Assembly (NCBI GenBank): GCA_007695055.1
Contig: REEM01000100.1
Location: 12,270-76,269 of the forward strand
Length of the DNA: 64,000 nucleotides
Direction of reading: 5' to 3'
Origin: Spirochaetaceae bacterium
GTDB taxonomy: Bacteria; Spirochaetota; Spirochaetia; DSM-27196; SLAA01
This document shows positions 61,913 to 64,000 of this stretch, in pieces. The stretch's first letter is position 1. Each line of letters starts with the position of its first letter. The notes under the pieces were generated by a model. That model did not search any database. It saw only the letters and a list, made by a program, of their open reading frames with translations, and was not told the DNA's origin. The position numbers and the translations under genes are program-made.

Positions 61913-63013
61913 TTACCACCATGTCCTGAACCGCATGAGTCGTCCCTGAACCAGGTTGAGTCGATAGTACGCCCGCCCGTTGGGCGTGAACCCGAATACC
62001 GACCTTTGACGGTCGCCGGTGCGGAACTCCTCGGCAAAACCCCCTTCCAGAGTGTACCGCCTCAGGTCTCCATCACCACGGTCAACCACCACCCCACGCG
62101 AGGTGAGTTGCATGCCCCTCGCCGAGCCAACCTCGGCTGTAACACCATTAACGCCCGCGCTCACCCGGCCCTCGGAATCAAGCAAGGGCCCCGGAGGCGG
62201 GTCATCCACAAACAGGAACAGGTGCATGCGTTCCGCCGACGACGAGCGCTCCTCAAGCAGAATCCGAAACCCACCCGAAAAGGCACCAACCCCCATGACT
62301 CGAAAAAAGGAACCACCAGCGAGATACTCAGGCGGTGCTAACAGAACTTCAATCCGGTCGTCCCCCGGATCCGGCGGACCCGGGCCTGGATCTGGCGGCA
62401 ATGACCCAAGTTCCAGCCCGGGGTACACCGCCAGCAGTAGGTTCTCTCCTTCTATACCCCCAAATAGGGAGAGACTGTCCGTGGGATAGACCGAAAGCCC
62501 ATAGTCCGGCCTAAAGGCTCCACCAGCCACCAAATTCTCAAGCTGCTCAGGCGGCGCATCTAGATCAATGAGGCGGAAGCGGAGATCACCGGAAACAATG
62601 TTTCCGGCTCCGTCGGCAACTACCGGGCGACCAAAGAACACAGGGTCACTTGCCGGGTCGCCCGGTACTACACGTACCGGCTCCTCACCGCGGCGCGGAT
62701 ACTCCCGCACCAGCGCCAGGGTGCTGTCGAATATCCAGAGCTTCTCGGCTGAGTTCCCTGTCCAGTCGCGGTTCGGCCAGCGCAACACAACCAGATACTC
62801 GTTTCCGGCATTGTCCAGAACCGAGTGAAGCTCAAACTCCTGGGTATCCGACCTAATGCCAAGCAGACTCCCTACGTTTTGTGACGCACTTAGATCCGTC
62901 AAATTTGCTGGGAACGGCGTTTCAAGGAGTGCATCGCACCCAAGCACAAGAACAGAGTATACAATCATGCCGAGCAGCACCCGAAACCGGGACAGGCGAC
63001 CAAGACTCACCAT
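61913..63013 (-). CDS. Lipoprotein of unknown function
   Basis: The lipobox VLVLGC follows a basic n-region. The protein is Gly/Pro-rich with a PPDPGPGPPDPG linker and ends in RTWW. Its stop lies 4 nt before the start of the downstream gene, and its 5' end overlaps the upstream gene by 7 nt. Confidence 0.6.
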   Translation of the reverse strand: MVSLGRLSRFRVLLGMIVYSVLVLGCDALLETPFPANLTDLSASQNVGSLLGIRSDTQEFELHSVLDNAGNEYLVVLRWPNRDWTGNSAEKLWIFDSTLALVREYPRRGEEPVRVVPGDPASDPVFFGRPVVADGAGNIVSGDLRFRLIDLDAPPEQLENLVAGGAFRPDYGLSVYPTDSLSLFGGIEGENLLLAVYPGLELGSLPPDPGPGPPDPGDDRIEVLLAPPEYLAGGSFFRVMGVGAFSGGFRILLEERSSSAERMHLFLFVDDPPPGPLLDSEGRVSAGVNGVTAEVGSARGMQLTSRGVVVDRGDGDLRRYTLEGGFAEEFRTGDRQRSVFGFTPNGRAYYRLNLVQGRLMRFRTWW

Positions 63014-64000
63014 TTTCGCAGCACTCCTACGCCCAAAGGCGGGCCCAAAGCCTCGGTGCCTATCCAGCGCCTGCCGAGCAGGTTGTCGTCGCCGAGCCCC
63101 GGGGTATATCGAAACTGTGGCCGAAAGAACAGGGCCCAGCTATTGAGATTGAGTTCAAGGCCAAAACTCAGTACTGTCACATAGAAGTCAGCATACTCGG
63201 GCAGGCTGTCATCCGCAAAATCTGTGAAGACCACACCAAAACCGCCCCCCAAGGCTAAACGCAGCAGCGAGTCGTGAGGAAAAAAGACGTACTGGGAGAG
63301 CGTCATTGACAGATCGTTGTGATAGACCTCACCGGCGGTGTTTATGTCACCCTGCAGGTAGAAGGAGCGCTCCAGCTGAAGAAAGGTGTAGTCTGGCACC
63401 GCATAATACCGGAATCCTACGCCAATTCCCTGGGCCTGCCCGGTTGTCCACAGCACCTGCGCACCATACCTATGCCTCCGAGGCAGGCGACGTAGCTGAA
63501 TGAGGTTATCCGAGTCGTTCAGTGTCACCTCGTAGGTAATTCCATGATGCCCTTCCTTGGCGACATCCACGCGCACCTGCGAGCCTACAGCAAAAGGGGT
63601 GTAGGGAAGTCGTAAGCTCCCATCATAGATCCGGCCTACCCGAGCGTCGGCAAAAAACACCTCGGCCCCTTCATCACGTGAACGGAAGGTAATGCTCTCC
63701 ACCTCGTTAATGGGGGAGCGGTAGGTGTATGGTTCATTTAGGTAGCGCTCAAGTCCCGGCCGAAGTCGGTCAATAGCGGCGTCAACCGTGTTATAGAGGC
63801 TGAGGCCAGCCCGACCACGCGCAACGCTGCCCCCAAGCACCACCGCCTCCTGCGTGTCGTACAGGCGAAGGCGCAGCCGCACCTCGTTTCCGAGCGTCTC
63901 ATACCCAACAAGCAGCAGGAGGCCTCCTGCACTGCTCTGACCTTCCTCAACCACAAAGCCTGCTTCACGCAGCGCGGCTGTCACTCGGCTGCGGAGAATT
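63007..64000 (-). CDS. Putative outer-membrane protein, same domain order as 60637..61908; 5' end beyond right window edge
   Basis: The frame stays open upstream of the GTG at 63984 to the window end. The PEGA-like segment is EVFFADARVGRIYDGSLRLPYTPFAVGSQVRVDVAKEGHHG. The C-terminal region is beta-barrel-like and ends in GVLRKW. Confidence 0.5.
   Translation of the reverse strand, partial: ILRSRVTAALREAGFVVEEGQSSAGGLLLLVGYETLGNEVRLRLRLYDTQEAVVLGGSVARGRAGLSLYNTVDAAIDRLRPGLERYLNEPYTYRSPINEVESITFRSRDEGAEVFFADARVGRIYDGSLRLPYTPFAVGSQVRVDVAKEGHHGITYEVTLNDSDNLIQLRRLPRRHRYGAQVLWTTGQAQGIGVGFRYYAVPDYTFLQLERSFYLQGDINTAGEVYHNDLSMTLSQYVFFPHDSLLRLALGGGFGVVFTDFADDSLPEYADFYVTVLSFGLELNLNSWALFFRPQFRYTPGLGDDNLLGRRWIGTEALGPPLGVGVLRKW

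Overview
GC-rich, tightly packed chromosomal segment with about 55 protein genes. I saw no rRNA, tRNA, CRISPR array, transposase or integrase. All product calls come from reading motifs in the supplied translations and from my own translation of regions the ORF track misses; no searches were run.

Gene order from left to right:
- (1) An imuA-imuB-dnaE2 SOS-mutagenesis cassette. dnaE2 runs off the left edge and is absent from the ORF track. The cassette has a near-consensus promoter with a 20-bp palindrome in its spacer.
- (2) A Dabb-domain gene and a membrane H+/Na+-pyrophosphatase.
- (3) The first block of a selenium-dependent molybdenum-hydroxylase / anaerobic purine-degradation gene set: cyclic amidohydrolase, ygfK, ygeY and xdhD. 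Its partners lie elsewhere in the window: ygeW at 34.6 kb and mocA-ygeX at 42.7-44.7 kb.
- (4) A 9-kb minus-strand locus of PLP enzyme, PhnD-like binding protein, histidine kinase, sigma-54 response regulator and ABC importer. A textbook GG-N10-GC promoter and phased TGTGCAA upstream repeats sit in front of the transporter.
- (5) Two decaying toxin-antitoxin modules: an AbrB antitoxin with a PIN remnant, and an N-terminally shortened YefM with an intact YoeB.
- (6) A LacI-controlled divergent sugar locus with two matching operators. It encodes heptose-pathway-like enzymes (GmhA-like SIS isomerase, HldE-like kinase fused to a HAD phosphatase), an AGE-family epimerase, two ROK kinases and a deoxyhypusine-synthase-like protein.
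- (7) Assorted metabolic and envelope genes: HI0933 flavoprotein plus Fe-S partner, aminotransferase, hydrolase, SppA with an unusual N-terminal domain, fructokinase, deoC, Wzi-like protein, ferredoxin, PilZ protein, dsdA and LOG.
- (8) At the right end, an envelope island rich in PEGA-domain proteins. It includes a three-gene operon of two architecturally similar PEGA/beta-barrel proteins flanking a lipoprotein.

The candidates I consider most worth follow-up are the LacI-regulated heptose-like sugar locus with the DHS-like enzyme, the sigma-54 locus, the dispersed purine/selenium cluster with an eroded YgfK, and the PEGA/beta-barrel operon. None of these can be called novel without database searches.
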